Shown: positions 36,377 through 46,975, counted from the stretch's first letter. The stretch: 50,025 nucleotides of DNA from a virus (IMGVR_UViG_3300017739_000018:1-50025); one strand, 5' to 3'. Notes: generated by a model not told the origin, from the sequence alone. Numbers and translations: made by a program.

Positions 36377-36860
36377 AAAACAAATTGAAGAAGCTAGCTT
36401 TTCTGCTGGTGAAACAATAGGGTTGCAAGGAAGCATTACTCAAGGGGCAGGAAGCCCCGCCGGGGCCCTCGGAGAGATCGTAGTACGAGATCTTTTAGGA
36501 TACAAACAGATTAACACAGCCCACTACGATCTATATACGGATAAAGGCGTTCGCATCGACGTTAAGACTAAACGGTGCACTTCCCCTCCAAAACCTTTCT
36601 ACGAATGCTCGATTACAGCTCATGGCACTAAACAGGAGTGTGATGAGTACATTTTCGTACGTGTGTTAAATAACTTGCAACGTGCGTGGATACTTGGTAG
36701 TATCGCAAAAGATGAATACTTCTCTAAAGCTGTGAGGTACAAAAAGGGCGACAAGGACGAGAGCAATAATTTTACCTTTAAATCGGACTGCTACAATTTA
36801 GCTATAGAGGAATTATGGCCGATTCAAAAGCACAGCTACTCAACTTTACAATCGAGCTAA
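36354..36860 (+). CDS. PD-(D/E)XK restriction-endonuclease-like protein
   Basis: GALGE...YDL...IDVKTK. Confidence 0.6.
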   Translation: MIEIVPTKKQIEEASFSAGETIGLQGSITQGAGSPAGALGEIVVRDLLGYKQINTAHYDLYTDKGVRIDVKTKRCTSPPKPFYECSITAHGTKQECDEYIFVRVLNNLQRAWILGSIAKDEYFSKAVRYKKGDKDESNNFTFKSDCYNLAIEELWPIQKHSYSTLQSS

Positions 36861-37024
36861 ATCGTGATGGAAACATTGAATTTAATTTGGACTGCGTTGA
36901 TACAGTGGGAATGGAGCGCATTTTACGCAAGCTTGGCGATCCCGTTTATCCTCATAAGATTGGTAACATTGTGAGGCATTATTTTCGTGTCCTTCAAGAA
37001 AAACTTAAAGAGGAAAGGTCGTAA
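36815..37024 (+). CDS. Hypothetical protein
   Basis: GAGG RBS; TAATG coupling to the next gene. Confidence 0.55.
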   Translation: MADSKAQLLNFTIELNRDGNIEFNLDCVDTVGMERILRKLGDPVYPHKIGNIVRHYFRVLQEKLKEERS

Positions 37025-37695
37025 TGGCGTACCTGCTTTCTAATATTCCTTATTTTAAATGCTGGGTACGCAAAGAATTTACCGCGAATCATCAAGATTA
37101 CCACGGTGAATATCTTCATGCACTTGCAATCGCTGTAAATACTATAACTGATAGGTCACTTACTTTTCAGGTTGTGTTTACGGGTTGTGAGATTGATCTT
37201 GAAGAGGGTCTTGAAAATGTACACGGAGGTGCAATGTGGGCAAGGATGCCCATTCAAGCTCTGGTTTTTGACATGGAACTGGAGGAGTGGCCCGAAAGAA
37301 TGGAGGATCACTTAGCACAACCTTGGGATTGCGAGTCGCGTAACCATGAAGTTATCGTGATGGACCGAGTTAGTTCAAGTCCTTGGATAGCAAAAATAGA
37401 TGGTGAGTTTTATGAAGCAAGGTATTTGTTTACTGTAGATTACACAGAGAACGATATTGCAGATTCACCAGATCAACACAAACAATCTCATGTCCTGTAC
37501 CTCACAGAAGGGCAGTGGGAAGGAAATGTAGTTGCCTTGCCAAACAACCGGGTTAGAGCTACAAGTCCAGCCTTGTGGAGAACAGGAGAAGGTGCTCCTG
37601 ACTTTGCTCCTAGCCAATATGTTCATTCTGCGGAGGGGGATAGCACGTACACTGATCCCAGCATCACGTTCAATAACCTGTACGCAGAGGAATAA
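37024..37695 (+). CDS. Conserved marine phage hypothetical protein
   Basis: MAYL.SNIPYFKCWVR, NVHGGAMWARMPI, AQPWDC, ALPNNRVR. Confidence 0.7.
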   Translation: MAYLLSNIPYFKCWVRKEFTANHQDYHGEYLHALAIAVNTITDRSLTFQVVFTGCEIDLEEGLENVHGGAMWARMPIQALVFDMELEEWPERMEDHLAQPWDCESRNHEVIVMDRVSSSPWIAKIDGEFYEARYLFTVDYTENDIADSPDQHKQSHVLYLTEGQWEGNVVALPNNRVRATSPALWRTGEGAPDFAPSQYVHSAEGDSTYTDPSITFNNLYAEE

Positions 37696-37718
37696 AAAAA
37701 GGGGGACCTCAGCCCCCC
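37694..37718 (-). terminator. Terminator at the convergence of the two arms
   Basis: GGGGGGC-TGAG-GTCCCCC then TTTTTTT on the minus strand; weak T tract on the plus strand. Confidence 0.75.
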
Positions 37719-37736
37719 AAATGTTTTCTTCTTATT

Positions 37737-37955
37737 TTAAGTACTTTGAAGTCCGTATCTATTGGATTTCGTATAATCCAACATTCTCATTCGTGATCGT
37801 CCCTTGGGTTTAGGACTTCTTGCTTGTCCTATACGGTATTTTTCACGAAATGCAGGGGCTACCTGCCCATCAACTTCAGCAGATCCTTGAGCACGGCGTG
37901 GCGTATTTTCGGTTTCATCAATGAGACGAAATACTCTCCCCTCCTGATTACTCAT
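37737..37955 (-). CDS. Small basic hypothetical protein
   Basis: Start overlaps the stop of the His-rich ORF (ATGAGTAA). Confidence 0.55.
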   Translation of the reverse strand: MSNQEGRVFRLIDETENTPRRAQGSAEVDGQVAPAFREKYRIGQARSPKPKGRSRMRMLDYTKSNRYGLQST

Positions 37956-38070
37956 GTTGATCTTCTACTTTCTCTTCTTCTTCATGGTGCTCGTGACAGC
38001 ACTCCCCCTCATGCTCGTGATGCTCACCGTCATGCTCGTGGCAACATGTTCCCTCGTGTTCTTTGTGCAT
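37948..38070 (-). CDS. 40-aa His/Cys/Glu-rich putative metal-binding peptide
   Basis: AGGAG RBS; MHKEHEGTCCHEHDGEHHEHEGECCHEHHEEEEKVEDQHE. Confidence 0.75.
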   Translation of the reverse strand: MHKEHEGTCCHEHDGEHHEHEGECCHEHHEEEEKVEDQHE

Positions 38071-38082
38071 GGTACTAATCTC

Positions 38083-38346
38083 CTACATGTTATCTGGCTT
38101 TTGTACTTTATTAAGTAAGCGGTCTCTTTTGCTTTTGTACTTATCTCGTGCCAATAGCTTACGAGTCCCAGCAATAGCTCCTCCAACACCTATAGCCGCA
38201 GTGGTAAGCATGGCTGGCACCAGTGCTTTTTCAATGCCCGCTCTTACTTTGTTTCCCAGAGCTATTTGTTTAGGAGTAAGCGGATTAAGTTCTGCGGATT
38301 TTTGCGATTTACGAGGGGGCTGTGTGTATTTAGATGACTCAGCCAC
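38083..38346 (-). CDS. Small basic protein with one hydrophobic segment
   Basis: GGAG RBS; ALVPAMLTTAAIGVGGAIAG. Confidence 0.55.
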   Translation of the reverse strand: MAESSKYTQPPRKSQKSAELNPLTPKQIALGNKVRAGIEKALVPAMLTTAAIGVGGAIAGTRKLLARDKYKSKRDRLLNKVQKPDNM

Positions 38347-38348
38347 CG

Positions 38349-38993
38349 TTATCTCCCCCGGCCCCCACGAGCCATACCTTTGGTTTTCTTACCACCGTAC
38401 ATAGCTTTAGCACGGCCTTTAGTAGCTTTACCGCCACCCATCATCTTACCCTTACCGTCTGCGGCAAAAGCTGGCACCATCTTTCCGTTTTTCTTGACCA
38501 TAGGCATCTTACCGCCTTTCGCCATCATTGCACGACCTTTGGTAGTTTTACCCCCACCCATCATCTTAGTGCGGCCTTTAGTAGTTTTACCCCCGCCCAT
38601 CATTTTAGTGCGGCCTTTAGTAGTTTTACCCTTCATTGCCATTTGTTTAGCTCCTGTTGTTCCACCATACATTTTACCCGCAGGCTCTTTATCTCCGGAT
38701 GGCATTGCACCCTCATCTCCTTTGTCACGTAAAACTTTACGTGCAAGCATCGCATCCGTACCTGTTCCTTCCGCAATCCTGCGGAGGTCTGTTATTGGCA
38801 TACGGCCAAGCTCTTCAATGCGTTGTTGCTGTGCTAATGCTTTATCCTTAGCTGTTGCACGTCCGGTAGCAAGACGGGACTGCGTGTCAGCGTTTGCCGC
38901 TGTTGCACCACCTGTTTGCATTTTTCTCTTGGGCCTCATCGACGCTCCACCGTACATCATCGGCTTTCGGGGTGAGGTTGCATATTTTTTCAC
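38349..38993 (-). CDS. Basic repeat protein with (M)MGGGKTTKGRTK repeats
   Basis: 36-nt tandem repeats around 38530-38640; K/G/M-rich. Confidence 0.7.
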   Translation of the reverse strand: MKKYATSPRKPMMYGGASMRPKRKMQTGGATAANADTQSRLATGRATAKDKALAQQQRIEELGRMPITDLRRIAEGTGTDAMLARKVLRDKGDEGAMPSGDKEPAGKMYGGTTGAKQMAMKGKTTKGRTKMMGGGKTTKGRTKMMGGGKTTKGRAMMAKGGKMPMVKKNGKMVPAFAADGKGKMMGGGKATKGRAKAMYGGKKTKGMARGGRGR

Positions 38994-41900
38994 TGTTGTG
39001 CTCCTTGATTTTGGAATGGTGTTGTTCTGAGACCGAGTGCTCTGAAATCTTTTTCTACCTGAGTCAGTACTTCTTCATCTTCTGGAGGTGCTTCATCTAC
39101 CCCTTGTAACTTCATACGTGCCCGTGCTCGCTCTCTAGGATTTTCAATTTGTTCGATCTCCGCAAGGCGTTCATTACGCTCCGCGATTGCCGCAACGTCC
39201 GCTTGAACACCCGTTGGTGCCGCTTGTGTGCGTATTTCTGGAGCTGGTGTCTCGGGCAGACCAGTAAATCCGTAGTAATACGAAGCAAATCTATCTGTTG
39301 CCGCATTCTCGTTACGCACTTCTGCCATCACAACCTCAGACATTAAAATACGCACCCACTTCGGTTCTACCCTGTATTCTGGAACCTTGTTAGTCTCTAC
39401 AATCTCGAGAACTTTACGGGCAACTTCTCGGTCTTTGAGCATTGCCCGTAGCAGAGCACCGGAGTGCCTTCGGCTCGCACGAATAATAGATTCAGTTGCT
39501 ACCCACTGAACAGACACAACGCCACGATTGATGTTGTAAATACGCGAAAGCACCGAATCAAGTGACATAGATGACACGTGGGCGTCGATACCTGCGTTTG
39601 CTGGGGGCGGGTCAATTTTACGAACAACTTCAGCAATCAGTTCCAACGATTCAACTACGTCTTCTCCCAAATAAGTTTGAAGGCGACGACGGGTGCCACT
39701 GTCAGGGTCACCTAGCATCTTGATGATTTCATCAGAAGATACTGCATACTGCCTTTTATTTACCGTAACTCCGTCAGCACCGACACTTTCTTTGTTGCCT
39801 GTGTACTTTTGAGTTTTAACAATAATGTGATCCTGTATAGCCTTTGCAATTGTTTGGTCGACGTATTCTGACTCATATCCTTCGCTAACGAGATTTTGAC
39901 GCAACCGCTCGAACTCTTTTGAATTATCGTCCATAATAAAACGATTGTATATAGTCTCGTCCATTTGAGCTTTGTTGAACTGTCGAACTTCAGAGCCCGG
40001 ACGTTGTCTAAACAAAATTCCTTGGAGGTCTTGTACAAATTGAATCTCTTGTTTTGCAAGCTCTTCAATACCGACAGCTTCACCACGCGGGCCCCGCTTA
40101 GTCATTTCTCCAATGACTTCATCTTCAATGGTGTTAACGTAAGAATTTGCTTCATCAAATACTTCTTTTAAATCTTCTCGGTTCTTTTCAAGAGCGTTGA
40201 GGTTGATTGAGCTGAAGACTTCTTCTTCGTCGAGTAACTTAACTGGTACTCCATCTTCCATCAAAGGAACGACGTCACCTGCTTCGTTACGAGTATACAC
40301 AGGGATATTGAAAAGCGTGTCAAAGGTGTTCTTGTCGTACTCTACTTTCAAGTTAGGCTGGAAAATAATACGTCCCTTAGCATCCCTCTTGAGTACTTGA
40401 TTAAAGTCTTTAACTAAAACTCCTTGTAAGTGACGAGTAAGAATAGCTTTTAACTGCTTTTGTGTTTCTACAGCTATCTCGTCGTTTGCACCGCCCCCGC
40501 TTTTACCTAGCAAGAAATACTGGCCTGTCTTTTTATCGTACACTCCACCAATCTTACCGAGGGTACCTGCAACAGCGTTATACAGGTTGTCTGTTTTTAG
40601 GTCCATACCCGAAAGAGGAACGCCCGCTTGGTTAGACATTTTTGCGACACGTGCTAGCAATTGGTTAAGCCATTGAGTAGGCATGTTAGCTTCGTCTACA
40701 CGGTCAAACGTCTTAAGAAAATCTTGGAGGAGTTCGTCTTGCTCTACTCCTTCACGGATAGACATGGGACCTGTAGCCGCACCTTTAGTTTTGCCTGTTA
40801 AGCTAGCGTCCCACCTTTTGATTGTCTTGTCGACAGTGTACCGTTCAATGACTTCCTGCATGTAGAAATCTTGGATTGCGCGAAATTGTCCGTACACCTC
40901 ATTTGCGACAGGACGAACAGTTGTACTATCTATCCAGCCTTCCATCCAAGCACTTCGGTTTGGATTGCCATCTGCGTCTGTCTGTTTACTGACAAGTTGC
41001 CACTGATCGTACAACTGGCGGTACCCTTTATTCTTTTGCTCATCAGTGCTTTTTCTCATCGATTTGCCTAAGAATTTGTTCACTCGACGCCACTCAGCAG
41101 TGTTGACGAGAAGTGGCATGTTGTTTACCATCAGCTCTCCATCTACGCCATCAATAGCGAGTTTCTCAGGCTCTTCTTTCGCAAGTCTTTTTAGTTCCAT
41201 CCATTGTTGAATAGGAGGTAGGTCGTCTAGTTCATTCTCGGTGAGAATGCGGTTTAACTGTCCTTGTGTGCGAGTGTTCATCATTTCAAGACCACGTTTT
41301 GCCGCGCCACTGAACATGTTGGCAAGACCCTTACGGTCACTTGGAATAATTTTTGCACCGCCAAGTTTTTCTGTAGACTGAAGAACAAAGTCGGGTTTAA
41401 GAATGTCGTCAAAGTTCTCAACGTTTGCACTCATAAAGTAATCGAACTGTTGAGAGATATTAGCGTACACACCCGGATTTTGAGAGTCGAAATCTACGTA
41501 ACGCTTTGCTACTTCGCTGTCGATAACGTTTCTGTTGTAAGCGACAAGATTAGCAAAGTGACCCCCGGCGCGTCCCATTGACGCTTCTTCTGGGCGAAGG
41601 CCACGTGTGATCTGATTGAGCATTTGGAACTGCTCTTCTCGAAGCTCATCCAAACGGGCTAAACGCTGTTGCACACCTTTTTGTGGTTCAAGAACAAGAC
41701 CTACTGCGTCATCAGTCATGTCGTTCATAATGGCTTCGATACTTGTTTCATACTGCTCTTGGAATAGCCGAGTCGTAGCGGCCTGTACCTCGTCACCATC
41801 AATGTAATCTATTTCCATTCGCGCTTTGATTGCTTCCCTATTTGTTTTAACAAGAGAAGCTAAGTGTTCGCGGTCGCCCTTGAGACGCTGTGAGTTAGCA

Positions 41901-44122
41901 AGTACAAACTCGCGCATTTGATCTGCTAAGATTGACAGAGGATCATCGTCTGATAAATTTGCTTGAAGCTTAACGTCAAGTAACTTTTGTGTTGAAATTG
42001 CAAGCTGAGAAATAAGATCGTGCTGTGCTCCAATAACTTCGCGGTTTTGTATGATAGGACCTGTAATGTCGTCGAGACCAGTAGCGGCGATCTTATCGTC
42101 AAGCTGACGGGACACATCAATAAGCTCCGCCATGTTCGACATAATTGCAAGGTTGCTGACCATCAAGTCTTCATTGATATCAATACCTGTACGTTCGCTA
42201 AGTTCGACAAGACGATTCTTGTACTCAGCGTGTTTTTGTAAACTGCGGATAAACTCGTTTTGAAATTCAGACGGTTGCTCCGTTACTTTACGCAAAACTT
42301 TGGATGCTTCTCTAGAAAGTTTTAAGTCAGCACGTCCAGCTTTAATTGACTCTAAGTCACCGAAGTTCTTTATAACGTTTGATATTTCCGAAATTACAGT
42401 GCCGGTAGCTCGAATACCTGCCCCTGCCATGTCTGCGGTAGTTCCGAATTTACCGAGAGGAATTACTACGGACAATGCTCCTCCAAGTTCGATAGGGAAC
42501 TGTTCAGACTGTTTGTATCCAAAAAATTGTTGTGTGAGCTGTGTAAATGCAACAGTAGCACCTACAGTAAGTCCTGCTTCAGCGTACAAGTCACGAAAAT
42601 ACTTAGGAACTATGTTCTTATGAAGGAATGTGTTTTGTCTCTGGCGTAAACCCACAAGCACTTGTTGCTGACGCTTGACGACATCTGTCTTGCCAGTAGC
42701 GCGGGCCGCACGAAGTGTTTTGAGAGTAGCACTGATTTGCCCCCGAATGCCATCGTATTCTTGTTGAAGAAACTCTTTGCGAGCTTCACCGGGGCGACGG
42801 ACCATCATACCAAACGCGATGTCTAAGTCCTTTGCTAGCTTACGCTGTGCCTTTTCACCTACAGCCGTTTCAGTGTACTTACTAATAACTGTCGCTGGGC
42901 TCATACCTTGAGAACGTGCCTTGGCAAATGCTTCCACAAGGTCGTCGGTGCCGAAAGTATCAAGCATGTGCTTCTTTAACGCAGGAATGCGGCGAGCGGC
43001 AGTGACAGCTTTCGTTGTGCCCCACACTGCGTACAAAGCAACTTCAGGGCCGCCATAAGCTTGAATTGCTTGGTTCAGGCCACGAGGTGCAATAATCTCT
43101 TCAATAACGTCTGGGTTGTAAATGTCACCCGCCATGTTTTCGATGGTCGTTTCAACACCTATATGTTTTGCAATATCGACCATGTCGGTAAGGCTCTGAA
43201 ACTGGCGTTGAACATTCTCTTGTGCTGTTTGCCCTTCCGGTCCCTTTTTAAAATCCATGCCCCCCGCTTCAAGAGCATTCATAACTACTTCGGTAGTCAA
43301 GAAGCTTGCTCCCATAACGGCATACTGCGGAATACTTAGAGCAAATACCTTAAGGTCTTGCAGTTGCTTTGTGACTGCTTCTTCGCTGTACCGTCCCGTT
43401 GCTACTCCCCGAAGGGCAAGAGTACGTGCAACTTGGTTGGTCATCCCCATTTCGATTAACTGCTTATCTAAATCAGCAAGGTCACCCCGCCCTGCTTCTC
43501 CAGTTATCGTAGTAATTGCGCGGTAAGCAACGTCCTGTGCCGTTTCTACAATGTTGTCGGCAGGACGAGGAGTTGTGTAACGTTCGTACTCTCGTGTCGT
43601 AGTCAACGGAAAAAGCTCTGCTATTCCCCGCTCGTCCTTTACTTCCATACCGCTTTCATCAAGTAACGGCAGGTAGCCGCCTTGGTTACGAAGAAGGACA
43701 CGGTACTTTTGCTCTAGAGTAGCATTTTCAGGAAACGCTCGCTCTTCATAATCAAGAGTAAAGAACGTTTCAGCTTGGCCTAACAAACGCTCCTGCTGTG
43801 CACTGAGCTCATCTAAGGCTCCCACACCAGTTTGTATTGGATCTCCTACAGGCACTTGCTCTTCGCCTTCTACACTGCGAGAAACAAGAGGCTCACGTGT
43901 CATACCCAAGACTTCTGGTCTATACTGGAAGATTCCACGCATTTGAGACTCAGAAGCTTTAGAGTAAGGATCAACAGCAAGGCCCTCAATCTGAGCTTCT
44001 TTTTGCGGTGGAGGAGTAGGTATTGTTTCCTGTACCGCTTGTACTTGAGGAACGGGTTCGACAGCCTGTGTTTGTAGCTCGTCTTCGCGTTCTTCTTCAG
44101 TATTAAGGGAAACTTCTGCCAT
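38990..44122 (-). CDS. Large internal virion/ejection protein, 1710 aa
   Basis: Size, helical character, position at the end of the virion block. Confidence 0.6.
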   Translation of the reverse strand: MAEVSLNTEEEREDELQTQAVEPVPQVQAVQETIPTPPPQKEAQIEGLAVDPYSKASESQMRGIFQYRPEVLGMTREPLVSRSVEGEEQVPVGDPIQTGVGALDELSAQQERLLGQAETFFTLDYEERAFPENATLEQKYRVLLRNQGGYLPLLDESGMEVKDERGIAELFPLTTTREYERYTTPRPADNIVETAQDVAYRAITTITGEAGRGDLADLDKQLIEMGMTNQVARTLALRGVATGRYSEEAVTKQLQDLKVFALSIPQYAVMGASFLTTEVVMNALEAGGMDFKKGPEGQTAQENVQRQFQSLTDMVDIAKHIGVETTIENMAGDIYNPDVIEEIIAPRGLNQAIQAYGGPEVALYAVWGTTKAVTAARRIPALKKHMLDTFGTDDLVEAFAKARSQGMSPATVISKYTETAVGEKAQRKLAKDLDIAFGMMVRRPGEARKEFLQQEYDGIRGQISATLKTLRAARATGKTDVVKRQQQVLVGLRQRQNTFLHKNIVPKYFRDLYAEAGLTVGATVAFTQLTQQFFGYKQSEQFPIELGGALSVVIPLGKFGTTADMAGAGIRATGTVISEISNVIKNFGDLESIKAGRADLKLSREASKVLRKVTEQPSEFQNEFIRSLQKHAEYKNRLVELSERTGIDINEDLMVSNLAIMSNMAELIDVSRQLDDKIAATGLDDITGPIIQNREVIGAQHDLISQLAISTQKLLDVKLQANLSDDDPLSILADQMREFVLANSQRLKGDREHLASLVKTNREAIKARMEIDYIDGDEVQAATTRLFQEQYETSIEAIMNDMTDDAVGLVLEPQKGVQQRLARLDELREEQFQMLNQITRGLRPEEASMGRAGGHFANLVAYNRNVIDSEVAKRYVDFDSQNPGVYANISQQFDYFMSANVENFDDILKPDFVLQSTEKLGGAKIIPSDRKGLANMFSGAAKRGLEMMNTRTQGQLNRILTENELDDLPPIQQWMELKRLAKEEPEKLAIDGVDGELMVNNMPLLVNTAEWRRVNKFLGKSMRKSTDEQKNKGYRQLYDQWQLVSKQTDADGNPNRSAWMEGWIDSTTVRPVANEVYGQFRAIQDFYMQEVIERYTVDKTIKRWDASLTGKTKGAATGPMSIREGVEQDELLQDFLKTFDRVDEANMPTQWLNQLLARVAKMSNQAGVPLSGMDLKTDNLYNAVAGTLGKIGGVYDKKTGQYFLLGKSGGGANDEIAVETQKQLKAILTRHLQGVLVKDFNQVLKRDAKGRIIFQPNLKVEYDKNTFDTLFNIPVYTRNEAGDVVPLMEDGVPVKLLDEEEVFSSINLNALEKNREDLKEVFDEANSYVNTIEDEVIGEMTKRGPRGEAVGIEELAKQEIQFVQDLQGILFRQRPGSEVRQFNKAQMDETIYNRFIMDDNSKEFERLRQNLVSEGYESEYVDQTIAKAIQDHIIVKTQKYTGNKESVGADGVTVNKRQYAVSSDEIIKMLGDPDSGTRRRLQTYLGEDVVESLELIAEVVRKIDPPPANAGIDAHVSSMSLDSVLSRIYNINRGVVSVQWVATESIIRASRRHSGALLRAMLKDREVARKVLEIVETNKVPEYRVEPKWVRILMSEVVMAEVRNENAATDRFASYYYGFTGLPETPAPEIRTQAAPTGVQADVAAIAERNERLAEIEQIENPRERARARMKLQGVDEAPPEDEEVLTQVEKDFRALGLRTTPFQNQGAQQ

Positions 44123-44126
44123 TTAA

Positions 44127-46343
44127 TTATCCTTTACGTATGAGACGGTATGTTCTTCCATCACGATTAGGGATTCTGCGGAATTCATCTGGATTCGATT
44201 CAGGTGTAATTTTTTTGTCATCAAGCGCGTCCTTTAAATTCCTAGGAGCACCTTTTAGTAAAGCATCGATTGTTCGAGAACGTGGGTTACTTTGATCGTA
44301 GATGTAAACTGCTTTAAAATCTTCGTCGTCAATAGCTTTAGCGTACTGGCCGTTGATAAGCGCGGTTCTTCCCATCTCTTCGCTAATGTATTTTAGGTTT
44401 TCTTCTACACCTACATCAGCAGATAAGACACCCCGTAGCCCAAGCACTAAGCGTTGGTTTTGAACGTCAGTATCAGAGATTGCACGGCCGCCTTCACCCT
44501 GTTGCACGGCCGCCGCCATTGCGAAAGCAAGTTGTTCACCGAGAAGGTCGAATACTTTTTGACCTTTAATCTCACTTTCCATATCTATTTTATCTAGACT
44601 TCCCGCTTCTTGCAACAACTTTGCGTTCTCAGCAAAGCGAGCGGCAACATCAGGTTCCATGCTGTAAGTAGCGGCAAGTTCTGTAAGCGCGTCGACAATA
44701 GTCATTGCACCACCAACAGTACGCCGAACAGATGCTATCAGACCCACTCCACCGAGCCCCTCACTTCTTAAAACAAGCATACGGTCCGCAATAACTTGTG
44801 CACGTCTTGCCGCTTGCTCCATCTTAGCCGCTTGTTTACCGTCTATCTGGTATGTATTTTTGCGGTTGTTAAACTTCGGTGCAATGTCTCCTTGAGCAGA
44901 GATGGCAACAGAACTCGGCCGTCCCGCCGGATTATCTTTTATAAGGTTACGGATGTATAGAATTTCGTCTTCAGCAGTATCAAAGTTGTTTTCTGTAAGT
45001 TTTTCCCTAACAAGTTCCTTTGTTCTTTTCGTTATTTGCAGAACTCCGTTAGACATGAATACGCCATTTTCGAGTTCTGTGCGCGTTTCTGCAATATCTT
45101 TTAAAGCAAGCAACGGGTTTTTGTGGTCTTTGACCAGCCCTAAAATAATGTGGTTAGGAACACCGTTGTAACTTGATATTTCTTGGACTTGCTTAAAAAC
45201 GTCTTTTTTCATGACAAAACGTTCTTGATCTGAATCGTACTCCGTCGACCACTTCCAATCCTCTGGGTTTGGACGAATGATACGGTTGTTTACTTGGTCA
45301 TACGTGTAATCGATCTCGCTAGGATCACCCATTAGTACTTTCATTGTGTCGATACTGTAGCCGAGCACAGGGGCAAGTACTGTTTGTGAGAACCAGTCTT
45401 GGTTTTGTTTTCCTTTAACGTGAGTTAGCAAACCATAAAAATCGATAGGGTTTTGTATTACCATGTCCTTGCCCTCAGTTTGAGCAAGTTTAGTGGCCTC
45501 TCGCAAAGCGTTTCCGCCGTTTACTTTTAAAGCGTCAACAAGAGTGTTGTAGTTTCCGTAATCACCCAACTTGTACTCCTGAATAATTTGAGGAATCAAG
45601 TCAGGATTATCTTCGAGAGTCTGCATAACTAGAGTGCTATTTGCCATAGCACGTTTCTTGGCGTCGCCTTTAGACTCGTTTACAGCAGGGATGCGGATAA
45701 GCGTTTCCTTAGTGCTACCGTCTGCTAGCGTGACCGGCATAGTAAAAAAACCGCTATTATAATCTGGATCAGCTCCAAGAGTTCCCTTTGCAATACCAGA
45801 GAGCCCCTTCGAAACGCTGTTGTTTGCTTTAATTAAGTTATCAAGTCCCGGAATAGTTCCGAGAATCGGGGGAAGAATCGTGGGAATACCCGCTTGAACA
45901 CGGCGTTGAAGCTCAATAGGCATCTCAGTAGCATCCGGAAGACGCTTTTTTCCTACGTAGTCAGGGCCTACAAACTCGCCTTTTTTATCTCCATCCTCAG
46001 CAATGTACCCAAACGTTTGAATAATTGCTTGTTCTTTTGCTTCAATCTTTGCGGTCTGCTCAAGTTCTATTCTTTCTCCTAACAAACGACGTTGAGCTTC
46101 GTTGTTTTGTTCTTGCAATGCAGTTTGAAACATCTGACGATTTTGTTCCATTTGCTCGTTGAAGAATTGCTGACGTCCCGCCGCAAACCTCGCATTCTCT
46201 TCTTGAATACCGATGATTTCTTTTTGACGCTCTTGAGCGCGTTTTTCTGCGGCAATCTGTGCTTCTTGTGCCGCCTCGGCTTCTTTACTGCGGACGTACT
46301 GTTGTGATGCTCCCCGCAAAAGGCCGAGTGTTAAAAGTCCCAT
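44127..46343 (-). CDS. Internal virion/ejection protein, 738 aa
   Basis: Gly/Leu N-terminus, coiled coil, GGRAISDTDV motif. Confidence 0.55.
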   Translation of the reverse strand: MGLLTLGLLRGASQQYVRSKEAEAAQEAQIAAEKRAQERQKEIIGIQEENARFAAGRQQFFNEQMEQNRQMFQTALQEQNNEAQRRLLGERIELEQTAKIEAKEQAIIQTFGYIAEDGDKKGEFVGPDYVGKKRLPDATEMPIELQRRVQAGIPTILPPILGTIPGLDNLIKANNSVSKGLSGIAKGTLGADPDYNSGFFTMPVTLADGSTKETLIRIPAVNESKGDAKKRAMANSTLVMQTLEDNPDLIPQIIQEYKLGDYGNYNTLVDALKVNGGNALREATKLAQTEGKDMVIQNPIDFYGLLTHVKGKQNQDWFSQTVLAPVLGYSIDTMKVLMGDPSEIDYTYDQVNNRIIRPNPEDWKWSTEYDSDQERFVMKKDVFKQVQEISSYNGVPNHIILGLVKDHKNPLLALKDIAETRTELENGVFMSNGVLQITKRTKELVREKLTENNFDTAEDEILYIRNLIKDNPAGRPSSVAISAQGDIAPKFNNRKNTYQIDGKQAAKMEQAARRAQVIADRMLVLRSEGLGGVGLIASVRRTVGGAMTIVDALTELAATYSMEPDVAARFAENAKLLQEAGSLDKIDMESEIKGQKVFDLLGEQLAFAMAAAVQQGEGGRAISDTDVQNQRLVLGLRGVLSADVGVEENLKYISEEMGRTALINGQYAKAIDDEDFKAVYIYDQSNPRSRTIDALLKGAPRNLKDALDDKKITPESNPDEFRRIPNRDGRTYRLIRKG

Positions 46344-46975
46344 TACTCTTCTCCTTCAACTTCTTGCGGTGCTGGACGTTCTGCCATTCCTTCGCTCATT
46401 GGCTGTTCAACAACTTCTCCTTCAATAGGCTGTACACCTAAAAAGCTTTCTTGTTCAATTTGTTGTTGCATCATCATTTGACGTTGCTTTCGCTCTTGTG
46501 CTTGACGGGGTAATTGGTTTTGAATGTAGTTAGCGAAGTCTGGGTTGCGGTCCCGCATAATTGTTAAAATCTGTGAGTCCTTCATGCCGTAGTTAGTACG
46601 TGGGAGCCCGTTCTTAGTAGCAAAAACTTTTGCGTCAATGTCCGCCTCTGCCGCAAGTCCCATATAGTAGAACGACAGCGGGGCTTTAATTAGCTCTGCA
46701 ACGTCTACAGAAAATTTACCCTCCATAAAACCTATTCGCACTGTTGTAGTTACAAGCTCTTCAATAGACACACCCGCCGCAAGCAACTGGACCTGCATCT
46801 CTTGAATTTCAGGTTTTTCGAGGTTCTCGATGATAGCGTCAACAGCCTCAGGTGCTGTGGCAAACTGTGGCGGCCGTTCCCACGGCCACTTGCCTCTGTT
46901 ACCTGTAAGAGAATAACCGGGAGGTGCTTTTGAAAAGCGAGACTCCGGAGTAATGGTAGGTTTGCGTTTTAGCAT
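46343..46975 (-). CDS. Conserved virion-module protein
   Basis: APPGYSLT...WPWERPPQF, GKFSVDVAELI. Confidence 0.6.
   Translation of the reverse strand: MLKRKPTITPESRFSKAPPGYSLTGNRGKWPWERPPQFATAPEAVDAIIENLEKPEIQEMQVQLLAAGVSIEELVTTTVRIGFMEGKFSVDVAELIKAPLSFYYMGLAAEADIDAKVFATKNGLPRTNYGMKDSQILTIMRDRNPDFANYIQNQLPRQAQERKQRQMMMQQQIEQESFLGVQPIEGEVVEQPMSEGMAERPAPQEVEGEE

Noticed and set aside
37965-38189. 74-aa track ORF (MLEELLLG...)
   Set aside because: Overlaps the upstream gene and lacks an RBS; the His-rich frame at 38070-37948 has the RBS and stop/start coupling.
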